Source: Octopus sinensis
Lineage: Eukaryota
Assembly (NCBI RefSeq): GCF_006345805.1
Contig: NC_042998.1
Location: 34,534,001-34,598,000 of the forward strand
Length of the DNA: 64,000 nt
Direction: 5' to 3'
This document shows, piece by piece, positions 1 through 14,685 of this stretch. The notes beneath the pieces are model-generated. The model did not search any database and was not told where the DNA came from. It saw nothing but the letters and a program-made list of their open reading frames with translations. The translations under genes and the position numbers were made by a program. How positions within the stretch are numbered: the first letter of the stretch is position 1; the number at the start of each line of letters is the position of its first letter.

Positions 1-44
1 GCCAGCCTGATCTGGCACCTGTGTCGGTGGCACATAAAAACACC

Positions 45-1245
45 ATCCGAGAGACCCGGCAAGACTAGTCAGGCCATAACCAACCCGTGCCCTCTACCTG
101 GGACGTAGTCATTCCACCTGTGCATACCTTCCTTCTTTCTTGTGACACTTGTGAAGACCTGTTGAGACAAGTGATCAAATCAAATCAAAATAGATGAACA
201 TCAATGGAATTTGTATCTTTGTGGTACCAGTGCCGGTGGCACACAAGAAAACCATCCGAACGTGGCCGTAGCCAGTACCGCATTGACTGGCCTCCGTGCT
301 GTGGGCACGTAACAAACACCATCCATCTGGCACCTGTATCGGAGACACATAAAACATCATCCGAAGACCCGGCAAGACTAGTCAGGCCATAACCCGTGGC
401 CTCTACCTGGGACGTAGTCAGTCCACCTGTGCATACCTTCCTTCTTGTGACACTTGTGAAGACCTGTTGAGACAAGTGATCAAATCAAATCAAAATAGAT
501 GAACATCAATGGAATTTGTATCTTTGTGGTACCAGTGCCGGTGGCACACAAGAAAACCATCCGAACGTGGCCGTAGCCAGTACCGCATTGACTGGCCTCC
601 GTGCTGTGGGCACGTAACAAACACCATCCATCTGGCACCTGTATCGGAGACACATAAAACATCATCCGAAGACCCGGCAAGACTAGTCAGGCCATAACCC
701 GTGGCCTCTACCTGGGACGTAGTCAGTCCACCTGTGCATACCTTCCTTCTTGTGACACTTGTGAAGACCTGTTGAGACAAGTGATCAAATCAAATCAAAA
801 TAGATGAACATCAATGGAATTTGTATCTTTGTGGTACCAGTGCCGGTGGCACACAAGAAAACCATCCGAACGTGGCCGTAGCCAGTACCGCATTGACTGG
901 CCTCCGTGCTGTGGGCACGTAACAAACACCATCCATCTGGCACCTGTATCGGAGACACATAAAACATCATCCGAAGACCCGGCAAGGACTAGTCAGGCCA
1001 TAACCCGTGGCCCCTACCTGGGACGTTGTCAGTTCCACCTGTGCATACCTTCCTTCTTCTTGTGACACTTGTGAAGACCTGTTGAGGCAAGTGAAAATCA
1101 AATCAAATCAAATCAAAATAGATGAACATCAATGGAATTTGTATCTTGTGGTACCAGTGCCGTGGCACACAAGAAAACCATCCGAACGTGCCGTAGCCAG
1201 TACCGCATCGACTGGCCTCCGGGCTGGGGGCACGTAACAAACACC
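45..1245 (+). repeat. Tandem array of a 305-bp unit derived from RTE 3' UTR (about 3.9 copies)
   Basis: Identical ORFs recur at 175/480/785 and 204/509/814. Sequence looks identical at period 305 from about 140 to 980; the outer parts are diverged. Confidence 0.95.
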
Positions 1246-2717
1246 ATCCGTCGTGGCCCGTTTTCGTCAGCCTCCTGTCTGGCACCTGTTTCGGTTGGCA
1301 CATAAAACACCATCCGAGCGTGGCCGTTCGCCAGCCTCGTCTGGCACCTGTGTCGGTGGCACATAAAAACAACACCATCCGAGCGTGGCCGTTCGCCAGC
1401 CTCGTCTGGTACCTGTGTCGGTGGCACATAAAATCACCCACTACACTCTCGGAGTGGTTGGCGTTAGGAAAGGCATCCAGCTGTAGAAACACTGCCAGAT
1501 CTGACTGGCCTGGTGCAGCCTTCGGGCTCCCCAGACCCCAGTTGAACCGTCCAACCCATGCTAGCATGGAAAGCGGACGTAAATGATGATGATGATGATA
1601 CATATACACACACACACACACATCTATATATACATATATTTACAATTATACAAAGCATGACATTCCTGTAAAGTCTTTCTCTTTTCTTCCATTCATGTTG
1701 TTTAGATACTCTTGCACTCCTTCCTCTTCATTCTGCCTTTCCTTTTCCTTTTCCTTTCTCCCACTTTTTCTTCTTTATTCTCTCCTTTTATCTCTCTTTA
1801 CTCTTCCCTGCTTCTCCATTTCTTCTCAAATTCTCAATTGTTTTATATATTTCTTTCCTGTCTTCTAGTTTTCCTTTCCCTTGCTTCATACTTTCTCCTC
1901 AATTACTTTTTACCTTTTCTTCTTTGCTGGTTCTTTTATTTTCTCTCTTTCTCTCTTGCTTCCATTCTATATTTTCTCCCAAATTTCTTTGCTAACTCAT
2001 TTTCCTCTCTCCTCACTGGGTCCCTGCATTTCCTCAACAAGTCAATAACTAACCAGCCATGTGAATCTTCATGGATGACTTGATGGTGACAAGAAAAATG
2101 GTGCTAGGAACCAAATGGATCCTCTAGGGATTACAGAACTTCATATTGTGAACTACTATAGGCATGGGGATGGTTTGAAGTTTGTTGCCCCAACCATATA
2201 CTTTGGGGTTCAGTTCCACTGCATGGCACTTTGGGTGAGTGCCTTCTACTATAACCTTGGGCCAACCAAAGCCTTGTGAATGGATTTGGTCAACAGAATG
2301 TGAAAGCCCCTCATATACATACATATATGTGTGTGTGTGTATATATATATATATGCAACTTATAAATAAGGGCTAAAGAAAATTATTTCAATGCCAATAT
2401 GCTGATAACAGACTTTTAAATCGTCAATTTCCACATATTATTTACTTGCTACAGAAAAAAAACACGAAGAACTGAAATTGGGGAAAGCCGGCCGATAGAA
2501 TTCTTTTTAAAAAGTTCGTTATTTCTATATTGAATCAATTTCGGAATTAGTCTCATATGTATATATATATAGTTGGAATTTCCAAAAATCAAAAGACGAA
2601 GACAGGTGTCTGAACAACAAACAGGTGTACTAGTTTAACGCTTGGGAAGATGAGAAAGTGTTTTATGTTGCGAGATTATGCTCTTCAAAAGAAAGGAACA
2701 CGACATATATATATATA

Positions 2718-2776
<59 letters not shown>

Positions 2777-2831
2777 GATATATACACATATATAATGTAT
2801 ACATATGTACGTGTATATATATATATATATA

Positions 2832-2866
<35 letters not shown>

Positions 2867-2929
2867 AGTCCAACCCATGCTAGCATGGAAAGCGGACGTT
2901 AAATGATGATGATGATGATGATATGATGA

Positions 2930-3190
2930 TATAGACAGATATAGATATATACACATATATAATGCATACATATGTACCTATATATATATAATATATATAT
3001 ATTATATATATATATATATTATATATGTAGAGTGGCTGTGTAGTAAGTTTGCTTCCCAAAACACATGGTTCTGGGTTCAGTCCCACTGCATGGCACCTTG
3101 GGCAAGTGTCTTCTACTATAGCCTCAGGCCGACTAAGCCTCCTGAGTGGATTTGGTAGATGGAAACTGAAAGAAGCCTGTCATATATATA

Positions 3191-3245
<55 letters not shown>

Positions 3246-3297
3246 TATATAACGATGATGATAGTGATATACACATATATAATGTATACATATGTAC

Positions 3298-3334
<37 letters not shown>

Positions 3335-3568
3335 GATATAGATATATACACATATATAATGCATACATATGTACCTATATATATATATATATATTTACAT
3401 ATATATATTATATATGTAGAGTGGCTGTGTAGTAAGTTTGCTTCCCAAAACACATGGTTCTGGGTTCAGTCCCACTGCATGGCACCTTGGGCAAGTGTCT
3501 TCTACTATAGCCTCAGGCCGACTAAGCCTCCTGAGTGGATTTGGTAGATGGAAACTGAAAGAAGCCTG

Positions 3569-3600
<32 letters not shown>
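2930..3600 (+). repeat. 389-bp-period tandem duplication of (AT)n plus a SINE 5' half
   Basis: About 160 bp of SINE sequence look identical at about 3024-3187 and 3413-3576, including private variants. Confidence 0.85.
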
Positions 3601-3610
<10 letters not shown>

Positions 3611-4689
3611 CTTTATTGCCCACAAGGGGCTAAACATAGAGGGGGGACAAACAAGGACAGACAAAGGGATTAAGTTGATTACATCGACCCCAGTACGAAA
3701 CTGATACTTTATTTATTGACCCCGAAAGGATGAAAGGCAAAGTCGACCTTGGCGGAATTTGAACTCAGAACGTAACGACAGACGAAATACTGCTAAGCAT
3801 TTCGCTTGGCGCGCTAATGTGTCTCCCAGCTTGTCACCTTCGATATATATATATGTTTGTGTGTGTTTCCCCCCCCCATCATCCCTTGACAACCTATGTT
3901 GGTGTGTTTACATCCCCATAACTTAGCAGATTGGCAAATGAGACCGATAGAATAAGTACCTATTTCTTTACTACCCACAAGGGGGACAAACAAGGACAGA
4001 CAAACGGATTAAGTCAATTACATCAACCTCAGTGCGTAACTGGTACTTAATTTATCGACACCGAAAGGATGAAAGGCAAAGTCGACCTAGGCGGAATTTG
4101 AACTCAGAATGTAACAGCAGGCAAAATACCGTTAAGCATTTCGCCCGGCACGCTAACATTTCTGCCAGCTCGCCGCCGATAGAATAAGTACCAGGTTTGC
4201 AAAGAATAATTCCTAGGGTTGATTCATTTGACTAAAGGCGGTGCTCCAGCATGACCGCAGTCAAATAACTGAAACAGTTAAAGGAATAAAAGTATATGTA
4301 CATATCTGTGTGTGTGTGTGTGTGTGTGTGTGTCCTTTTTGTATTTGTGTTTGACAACCAGTGTTCGTGTGTTCACATTCCTGTAACTTAGCAGTTCAGC
4401 AAAAGAGACTGATGGAATAAGCACCAGGCTTAAGAAAAATTAGGATCAATTTGTTTGACTAAACCTTTCAAGGTGGTGCCCCAGCATGGCCACGGTCTAA
4501 TAACTGAAATGATTAAAGATAAAAGATTTCATGAGTTTCAAAGCCAGTGGGTGGGGACAGTGAAATGCTTCTTGGATAGAAGTTGAGGCATGATCATTTG
4601 GCGTCAGGGTTGCCTGGAGGACAGTGTTATATTGTAACTCACTAACAGACCGTAATTGCAGGCTACAGCACTGATAATGTTTCCATTTA

Positions 4690-4798
4690 TTTCATTTGCG
4701 AAAGGTATGAAAAGCTATATATTTGCATATATACAATTGTGTGTGTGTGTATGCATATCTATATCCTTGTATATTTATGGACACACACACACACACAC

Positions 4799-4863
<65 letters not shown>

Positions 4864-5420
4864 TATGTATGTGTGCATGTATGAGTGTGTGTGTATATAT
4901 ATAAATGCATATATGTATATATATATATATAGGTGCATATATGTGTGTGTGTGTATATGTATATATGCGTGTGTGTGTGTGTGTATGTATGTACTCACAC
5001 ACATAGATGCTCATATGTGTTAGCATTTTCTATGGCTCCAGCAGTTTGATTTTTCTAATAATTATACACACACTCACACTTACACACATACACAAACCAA
5101 TATGTGCTTATACTTGAAACAATGGAGCGTGAGGGCATATGCTTATATATATATGCGAATGTATGTTATATGTACCTGTGTATATGTGTCTATATATATA
5201 TATATATTAGTATGTGTGCATCTGTCCTTCCAAGTATATATACATATATATTTTATGTATATATTTTATACATATATATTTTATATATATATGTATATAT
5301 TTTATACATATATATTTTATGTATATATTATATATATATATGTATATATTTTATACATATATATTTTATATATATATGTATATATAGCTGTGTGTTAATG
5401 CATATGTGTATGATTACAGC
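4690..5420. repeat. Compound (AT)n/(GT)n/(CA)n microsatellites; similar tracts at 2540-3610, 21420-21580 and 44590-44960
   Basis: Seen directly; source of the YI/CV/HT-rich ORF artefacts. Confidence 0.95.
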
Positions 5421-5667
5421 TTCCTGACACTCAATACAAAGGATGTTACTGGAGGCCATTCTTTGAATAAAAACTATCATTCTGAGAATTGATTTCATTG
5501 TACTTTCTGTTTTTCTCTTGTATTTTTATAAATACATGATATCGACACAACATTAAATGCTTTTGTTTCTTCTGTTTATGATTTTCCACAATCTAAAGGT
5601 TACGGCAAATCAATAGCGGCTTCAGATACTTTAGCTTCTGTAGAAGGTGTTTAGGGATTCATTTAAG

Positions 5668-5735
<68 letters not shown>

Positions 5736-7215
5736 CTCTTTTTTTTCTTCTTTTGTTTTTGTTCTTCTCAATATTCATTCCGAACGAATTAATGTATAAG
5801 AACAATAGACAGCAACACTAATATGTAGAAGAAATGTCAAATCTTTTATTTAGCTGTCATTAAATTATTGTCTGGAACTTTTGAAACAACGAAGTAATTA
5901 TGCTTAGCTTTTTTTATGTTTGTTCGTTTGTTTTTGCCTCTGTCTCTCCCTCTGTTACTGTTCACCATAGTTGTGTGTTTTGAGGGATTTACAAACAAAT
6001 CAAATATTTGGATTGAAGCTGTGCCATTCAGTGTGGGATGTTCCGTTCTAAAGATGGGTGATCAGTTGTTTTCTTTCTCTCCAGCTAAACTAGTTTATAG
6101 TAAATACGGTGCTGAAAATGGTGCCGATCTATGTATTCATACAATAGCATGGCTGTGTGGTAAGAAGCTTGCTTCTGAACCACAAAGTTCTGGGTTCAAT
6201 ATGCATAAGGTGGCGAGCTGGCAGAATCGTTAGCATGCAAGGCGAAATGCTTGGGAGTGTTTTATCTGCTGTTACGTTCTGAGTTCAGATTCTGCCAAGG
6301 TCGACTTTGCCTCTCATCCTTTCGGGGGAGGTTAAGTAAGTACCAGTTGTGCACTGGGGTCGATGTAATCAACTTTATCCGTTTATCTGTTCTTGTTTGT
6401 CCCTTCTATGTTTAGCTCCCTGTGGGCAATAAAGAAATAAATATGTACTCATTGAATCTCTGGGTCACATCTCACCAATGGCATCACTGGTTTTAAGCAG
6501 AATAAATATTCACATGTGTTTGTGTGTGTGTGTACATATATGTATGTATTTATATATGTTTGTATGTATGTATGACTTTTAACTGTGCAAGCTTCGTACC
6601 AGGCTTAGAAAAAAATAAGTACTGGTATTGTTCCATTTGACTAAAACCCTTCAAGATGGTGCATGCATGGCTGTGTGACTGAATGTGAAACCACATGGTT
6701 CCAAGTTCAATCTGACTGCATGGAACTTTGGGTAAACCTCTTCTACTGTAGCCCTAGGCCGGCCAATGTCTCTCAAGTGAATTTGGTTGACAGAAACCAA
6801 TTGGAAGCTCATCATGTGTGTGTGTGTGCATGTGTGTCTTTTCTTTATTACTTGTTTCAATCATTAGACTGTGGCCATGCTGGGACACTGCCTTGAAGAA
6901 ATTTTAGTCAAAATGAATCAACCCTAAGACTTAATTTTTTAAGCCTGGTCCTTAATCTGACTCTTTTGCCGAAAGCTAAAAGGGTTTCAGTTGTTATAGA
7001 ACCATGTTCTCCTGCTAGTCACTACCCAAACATTCTTTTAGATGAAGACTAGATAAACAGTCTTACATGGAATTAAATAGAATTCTTATCTCACCACCTT
7101 CACACTATAATTAGATTAAAATGTTAACATGTATTTATATACACGCACCAATTACTTACAAGTGAAGTTTATATTCATCATTTGGAAACTCTCCTTATAA
7201 CACAATGCCTCACTA

Positions 7216-7271
<56 letters not shown>

Positions 7272-7554
7272 AAGTGCATAATGCATATATTCCAAGAATG
7301 GTTCACTTGGTGATTAGCACCAAGACTAAAACTTGCTAGTAAGCAATTCAGAGCCAGTAGTTATGAGAATAAAATTATAGCTTTAATTTTAAACTTCATT
7401 AGAATAATCTCAGAGTAGCATAACAGACATCATAGAGTTCTGAAGAGGCTTACTTCAAACTTAATCAGGTCACTCTCTCTCTGATGTTTATCAACAATAA
7501 GTACAGCCAACCAGAATGCACATACCAGTAATTGTCTTCCAACATCCTCACCAC

Positions 7555-7700
7555 CATGCATCATCATCATCATCATTATCATCATCATCAACATCATCAT
7601 CAACATCATCATCATCATCATCATCGTCAACATCATCGTCAACATCATCATCAACATCATCATCATTATCATCATCATCATTATCATCATCATCATCGTC
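7555..7700. repeat. (CAT)n microsatellite
   Basis: Seen directly in the sequence. Confidence 0.95.
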
Positions 7701-10700
7701 CTATTGGGTGACTTGCTCAGACTAATGCAACTCTTCTAAGGTAGCTGTTCAGACCTTCCGCAGGTGTAGGAGTGGCTGCGTGGTAAGAAGTTTGCTTCCC
7801 GACCGTATGGTTCCAGGCTCAGTCCCATTGTGTGGCATGTTGAACAAATGTAAGTGCCAGGATTAAAAACAATAATTACTGGGGTTGACTGACTGGTTCA
7901 CATGCCGGTGGCACATAAAAAGCATCCGCTACACTCTCAGAGTGGTTGGCATTAGGAAGGGCATCCAGCTGTAGAAACACTTCCATTCTGCTGTAGGTAT
8001 GAGGCCTTAGATTTTGAGGGGACCTGGTGCAGCCTCCTGGCTTCCCAGACCCCAGTTGAACTGTCCAACCCATGCCAGCATGGAAAACGGACATTAAACG
8101 GTGGTTGTGGTGGTGGTGGTGATGATGATGATGGTGGTGGTGGTGGTGGTGGTGGTGGTGGTGGTGGCAGCGGCGGCGGTGGTTCATTTGAAATAGAAAT
8201 TCTTCTTGTGACAAGCGATGTATAACAACATCTGATAGTCTGGTTGATTCTGTGATGAAGTGATGAAGACAGAAAGAGAGGGATTAGTGTTGATGGTTTA
8301 GAAGGAGTGGGAAATGTGATAGAATGATCTATAGGGGATACGGCGGCGAGCTGGCAAAATCGTTAGAACGCCGGGCGAAATGCTTAGCAGTATTTTGCCT
8401 GTTGTTACGTTCTGAGTTCAAATTCTGCCGAGGTCAACTTTGCCTTTCATCCTTTCGGGGTTGATTAAATAAGTACCAGTTACGCGCTGGGGTCGATATA
8501 ATCAACTTAATCCGTTTGTCTGTCCTTGTTTGTCCCCTCTGTGTTGTGGGTAGTAAAAGAAATAAGAATGATCTATAGGGGAGTGATAGATGTGAGATAG
8601 TAATTGTAGGGAAAGGATAATAGCTGATCATAATGAGAGAAAAAGAAAGGCAGACATTGCAGTGGTTAGTAGGAGAGAGAGAGAGAGGAGAAAGAGAGAG
8701 AGAGAGAAAGTAGGTAATGGTTGTTGTAGAAATGGTTGACAGTAAGAGATGGATGAGAGTTGATAATAGAGAGATGAGGTGGTAAGAGTTGTAAAAATGG
8801 TCAATGGACATAAATAAATGAGTGGCATGGAGTGGGGAGCGAGTGTGGCTGGCCATATTGAAGGGTAATGTTAACTGGTAATGGTGGGGGGGGAGAGCAT
8901 GAGTGATGAGTGGTGTGATGGTAATGCTAAGAGTGTAATAAATGTCAGTAAAGGCATGGCTTGAGGGAAGGAGAGTCATGGCGGGGCAGGGAGAAGCAAG
9001 GGAGAAAGCTGACAGATGAAAACTTCTCTTTAAGCAATAACAAAATACAAAACAAATGACAAAGACCAAAAAAAAAAAATAATAATTTTCTGATTGGTTT
9101 TCCTGAAGAGTTAATTAAAATCCAATTTGTCATGTCATAGCTAGACTCTTGTGTCTTTACCAGTCTGGTGGTCAAATATCCAATTTTAAATTTCTTCATT
9201 CCCTGTCATTTATAGGAAGAAAAAGTATTCCTAATCCGTTTTTTTTTTTCCTGCTTCTCTCTCGCTCTCTCTCTTTTGTTTTTCTAAATCATCATTATCA
9301 AAATTATTACTGTGATTGATGTTTCATTTCCAAGCAATTTAATATTATATCCGTAATCCTATTTTCTTAAATGGATTTATTTCTTGCTTTGCCAGCTGAC
9401 AATCTGACCTATTTGTAAAGATTTAGAAATTGTCATCTTATTTTCCTTAGAATTAAACTGGATGTGTCTTCGTCATCTTGGGTCAATTTACATGTGAGTG
9501 TAAAACAGTTGTCTTTGGAGTAAATTAGTTTAATTACAGGCCATGTAAAACGAGTGGCGGTAATAATATTGTTCTTCTTAGATCAGATGAAATGAAACTG
9601 CACCTCTTTGCACCTTCTGTTTCACTCATTAGGTTGTGGTCATGCTGGGGCTGCCTTGAAGAGTTTTTAGTCAAAGGAATTGACACCAGTACTTATTTAT
9701 TATTATATTTTTAAAGGCACCTGTGCCGGTGGCATGTGTAAAAAGATTCAAGTGGCACATAAAAAGCACCCACCACACTCTTGGAGTTGTTGGCGTTAGG
9801 AAGGACATCCAGCTGTAGACACTCTGCCAGATCAAGATTGGAGCCTGGTGCAGCCATCTGGTTCGCCAGCCCTCAGTCAAAATCGTCCAACCCATGCTAG
9901 CATGGAAAGCAGATGTTAAACGATGATGATGATGATTTTTAAAGTTTGGTACTTATTCTATCAATCCCTTTTGCCAAACCATTAACTTACAGGGATGTAA
10001 ACACACCAACACCGGTTGTCAAGCATTGGTGGGGAACACACACACAAATATATGATAGGGCTTCATTCAGTTTCCATGTACCAAATCCACTCAAGGTTTT
10101 GGTCAGACTGAGGCTATAGAGGAAGACACTTACTGAAGGTGTCATGCTGTGGAACGGAACCCGAAACCATGTGGTTGGGGAGCAAGCTTCTTACCACACA
10201 GCCACACCTCTGCTTAAAAGTGGCCAGCAAGCCACTACATAGGCTCGAACCCTGAACCTCTCTAATCCTGGCTGACCACTCTGTACCATAAAGTTAAGTG
10301 ACCCTTGCGTGTGGAATAATTGTTAAAAATGCAAATTATTGTTTTCTCTTACATTTACTGAAACATCATTCACCAGAAGAAAAAAACCCCCAAAAAATAG
10401 TCTGTTCAGAAAATTTTGTTTACATCAAAGAAGTATTAAAAAGGCGTGGCTGTTGCATGTTTCTACAAGTTGTATGGTTACCGGTGCTATTATATCTTAT
10501 AAATGATACAATAAACTCTAACCAGTCCAAAGAATTTGACAATATAATCTGTTTATCATGCATAAAAACACACATGTACTCACACACACAAAGAAAGAAT
10601 TCTAAATAGCATTAGTTACATTTCAATATGCCAAAGTATTAGAAAATAGGTTGACAAGTTTTCGGAAACAGCTGTGAGTTGTTAGTTTTGTTTGAAGATG

Positions 10701-11639
10701 ATCAGATAACTTGTCAGAAACGGAAAATCTCTCATCTGAATTCCTAGGTAATTGATGTTTGTAAGAAAGTGGCAGGAAGCCAATGTTTTGCTAGTACCAA
10801 AGAAAGGAAACTTTCTTAAAGACTCTGAAATGCGAAGGAAAACTAAGATTAAGATTGCGAAAGATTTGCCAATTGTTTCCATTATTATTCAGAATGGTTT
10901 TCCATTGAACTATGGAGATAAAACTGACAGCATATAAGTGGGATAAAGAAATAATATAGAAATTATATATTAAATGTATTCCATAAATTGTGATGTGTTG
11001 ATAGCAGTTATAAAAAAAAGATGAAGAGGAAAATTATACGAAAAGAAACCAGAAAAGGATAATAATAGACAGATTCCAAAACTGTGTCTGTAAAAGGATA
11101 ACAGAAAACTTATAATTTAATAGCTTTAATCTTTATATCAGAAATTTAGACTTCTCCTGAGAACTTCTTTGTCTAGATAATATTCAAAGCATTTCCGTTT
11201 ATCCATATATTTAATATTTATATTTTTCAGTCAAAACTTGTTGATAATGATTTAATTATAGGTTATTTAATCAGGAAACTAAAAGTTCTTACATTTTTCT
11301 TTTTATCAAGATCTATTTGCCAAAAGCTTCAGTCCTCATAAGTTCATCAAATTTGAGCAATCTTCACGAGAAGTGTGTATGTGTCTATTAGTGGATGTTA
11401 TTTTGAAGAGAGATATATCTACAGTTCACAAGGAGATCGTAAAAAATAAAAAGGATAAATAATACTGAAGATGCAAGATGCCTCAAAAGACAAATAATGC
11501 TGGCAAAATCTGCATTCTCAGAATTGTATAGCATCTTGAGAAACGACACCCTGAGCATCAGACCAAGATCTGTATATTGTAATGAGATGCTTGGAGAGCT
11601 GTGAAATATACAGAACTGGTGAATAAATTACACAGAAAT

Positions 11640-12300
11640 TAAAATAACACCGACATCTCATTTTAACAGATATATTTACCAAAATTACATAAAAATATCT
11701 TGAAATAACTAAAGATAAATTTATTCAAAAAAACGCAATTGGCTTCAACCACAGCCTCCATATGACTTTGGAATCGCCAGCAACTCTTCTGGATGATTTC
11801 CTTGTTTAAGTTGGTGAATGCTGCCATTATCCTTGCCTTCAGTTCATCTTTGGTGTTAGAAGGAGTTTTGTTGGTCTCTCGCTCAACTGTGCCCCACACA
11901 TAATAATTAAGGGAGTTGCAGTCTGGGGAGTTAGGCATGATGTGGTCGCAGAAATTTTCTGACAGCCATGACTGGGATCTCCTGGTATGGTGCAGAGTCC
12001 TGTTACCGGACATAGGGTCTTCCAGCAGCCACCCTCTTCACACAGGGCAGCCTCCGTATTGAGTCTGAGGCCATGTGGGAAAATGAATGGAGACATGCCT
12101 TCGCCATCATTAGTGATCAGTTCAAACACCATGATGTTGATTGGATGTTTGATTTTTATTACTCTCGGTACATGTCCTCAGATTGCATTGTCCTCAGATT
12201 GACACCCAAACACTCTGAAATGTTCGTATTAGAGAGCTTCTGGTGTGAATGCCAAGCAGTACAGCATGTCATTTCCAAATTTCTGGCAGTGTGAATTGCA
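11640..12300 (-). mobile_element. Decayed IS630-Tc1-mariner transposase (maT/DD37D-like), C-terminal half
   Basis: MVFELITNDGEGMSPFIFPHGLRLNTEA and PNSPDCNSLNYYVWGTVERETNK...ELKARI...FQSHMEAVVEAN (SPDLNPLDY-type motif); frameshifted. Confidence 0.75.
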
Positions 12301-13244
12301 TCATGGTGTTGTTTTTCTCATAGACTGTGCCCAACTGACCCTACTATACTGTGTAGTTGACAAAATCAAAAGTAAACAATGTACATGTGCGAAATTGAAG
12401 ATATAAAATGGTGACAATTTACCCATAAATGAGTTGGTGAAATGCCAATGCCTTTCTTTAGGGCATTTGTGATATGTATAGTGAGATAGCTTCAAACCTG
12501 TTTAATCAATTCTCTTCAATGTTATATAGACTGATTGTTTCTCAAGCAACAATCTCAGTGCTCTTTGGTGATTGCCATAAGTTAGCATAAGAGAAATAAA
12601 TATTTTAATAACAGAATATTGTTTAATTATTCTAAGTCATTTAGATTATGTAAATATTGTGACTAGCTTTGTACACAAGGTAGAAAGTACATAATTTGCA
12701 CGAGAATTGTTTTTCATTTGTAATTAGATGTGCATTTATTATGAGATTTTGTTAAATCAGAAAGCTACAAATGAAAGAATTAAAAATTCAATTCATATTT
12801 TCTTTTATTTACTGCTTTGTTCAACTCCTGTATCATCAGAAGCACAAGTAACGTTCTTTAATGTTTTTCACATCAACTCTTCTGAGAGAATTTCCAGTTT
12901 TATGATGCAAAATTGTTTTAAAGTGTTCGTGTTGAAATTAAAATCTTTCATTAAAAGAAAAAACCCACATTTTGTCATGTTATATTCTAATACTAGTTTA
13001 ATCATAAAAGAGCTGATTATTTTACCAAAATCCCTTCAGGCTGTTGAGTATTTCCAGCACCCAACGCACTCTGTAAAGTGGTTGGTGTTAGGAAGGGCAT
13101 CCAACCGTAGAAAGTATACCACAACAGACAATTGGAATCTGGACAGTTCCCTAGCTGGCCAGCTCCTGTTAAACTGTTGAATTCATACCAGCTTTGAAAA
13201 CAGACATTAAATGGTGGTAGTGGTGGTGGCAGTGGTCATCATCA

Positions 13245-13570
13245 TTGTCATCGTCGTCGTCGTCGTCGTCGTCTTCTTCTTCTTCTTCTTCTTCTTCCTC
13301 CTCCTTCTTCTTGTCCTCCCCCTCCTCCCCCTTCTTCCTTCCTCCTCCTTCTCCTCCTCCTCCCCCTCTACTACTTCTCCTCCTCCTTCTTTCCTCCTTC
13401 TTGTCCTCCTCTACTACTTCTCCTCCTCCCCTCCTCCTCCTCCTTCTTTCCTCCTCTACTACTTCTTTCCGCCTCCTTGTCCTCCTCTACTTCTTCTCTC
13501 CCCTCCTCCTTCTTTCCTCCTCCTTCTTGTCCTCTACTACTTCTCCTCCTCCTCCTTCTTCTTCTTCTAT
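13245..13570. repeat. (CGT)/(CTT)/(CCT) low-complexity tract with internal duplications
   Basis: Seen directly; produces the spurious poly-S/P/L ORFs. Confidence 0.95.
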
Positions 13571-13784
13571 TAAGAATTTAATTACAAATGGTCTCAGCTA
13601 CTGCATGAACATTCGGCAGCCTTCAAGCTGTCATATATATATTATTCTCAGTGTGTATAAGTTATTTTTCTTGTGCTTAAAATGAACTTACGTTTCAGAA
13701 ATCATAATCTACTTTGAAACAAACGAATTGAAGCTTAACGAGTTGATTTCATTTATTTCTGTAAAGCAAATGCAACTGACTTAC

Positions 13785-13845
13785 CTGTCTCCATAAAAGG
13801 AACAACCAGGTAACCAACGAAGAATCCTGTTTATTGTCACATGAC
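13785..13845 (-). CDS. Candidate 61-nt exon of an unidentified minus-strand gene
   Basis: Acceptor tttttttactctcAG, donor CAG|GTAAGT, two open frames (HVTINRILRWLPGCSFYGD or SCDNKQDSSLVTWLFLLWRQ). Confidence 0.35.
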
Positions 13846-14347
13846 CTGAGAGTAAAAAAAGCCATCAAATCTCCATCATATCAAAATAGATGGTCATATT
13901 TGATAATGTTGTCTAGCTGTAAGAATTACTGGAATGGTCATAGCTAAAATGTCTTTGATCGATAAAGTTTGCTTGGTAAGCATTGGCAAGGGGGTAAAGA
14001 AACAATAGAAAAAATTTGCAGTGGATGAATAAACTCTACAGATGCCTTCATCATTCTTGTCATTTAATATCCACTTTTCCATGCTTGCATGGGTTGGACA
14101 GAATTTGTTGAGGCAGATTTTCTATGGCTGAATGCTCTTCCTGTCATCAACCATCACTTGTTTCCAAATGAGGTATATTTTTCCCCATGACCAGACATGT
14201 TTTCACAGCAGATTGGAAATAGACAGCAATTGCATGTTGTGAAGACACTCACAACAATTACACAATGTTGAGGTAAGAGTTAGTAACACACACACACATA
14301 TATATATATACATATATATATCTATACATATAGATATGTAAAAAGAT

Positions 14348-14685
14348 AAAGACCCCTTTGAATCATGACTGACCATGGGATTGCACCTAGAAAGTTACCC
14401 TCCCAGGCACAAGTCCGGGCAAGGTTGTTTTTATGGAAGACCAGCAGTCACCCATGTATACCAGCCTCCCCTCTCTACACCACTGATGTTATCCAAAGGA
14501 AAGGCAAAGGAGCCAATACAGTTTGGCACCAGAGTGACATCACAACTCATTTCTACAGCTAAGTGAACTGGAGCAATATGAAATAAAGTGCCTTGCTCAA
14601 GAACAACACACAGCCCGGCCCAGGAATCGAACTCACTACCTCATGATTGTGAGCTTGACACTCTAACCACTGAGCCATGTGCCTT
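14348..14685 (-). mobile_element. tRNA-derived SINE family 3
   Basis: Minus strand ggcacatggctcagtggttagagtgtc...gagttcgattcctggg...ttgagcaaggcactttatttc...; the tail differs from families 1 and 2. Confidence 0.7.

Noticed and set aside
175-1621. Repeated ORFs of 62-172 aa
   Set aside because: They recur because of the 305-bp tandem array of RTE 3' UTR; no coding signature.
2635-5427. YI/CV/HT-rich ORFs; also poly-M/S/I/N ORFs at 7430, 13211, 44651 and 47891
   Set aside because: Translations of microsatellites.
8560-9060. Purine-rich tract with a 211-aa minus-strand ORF
   Set aside because: Stop-poor low-complexity composition; no motif or splice structure.
5440-10915. Further minus-strand exon-like pieces (5445-5592, 7160-7193, about 10420-10465, about 10795-10910)
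   Set aside because: Weak splice sites or ambiguous frames; within chance expectation for AT-rich DNA.
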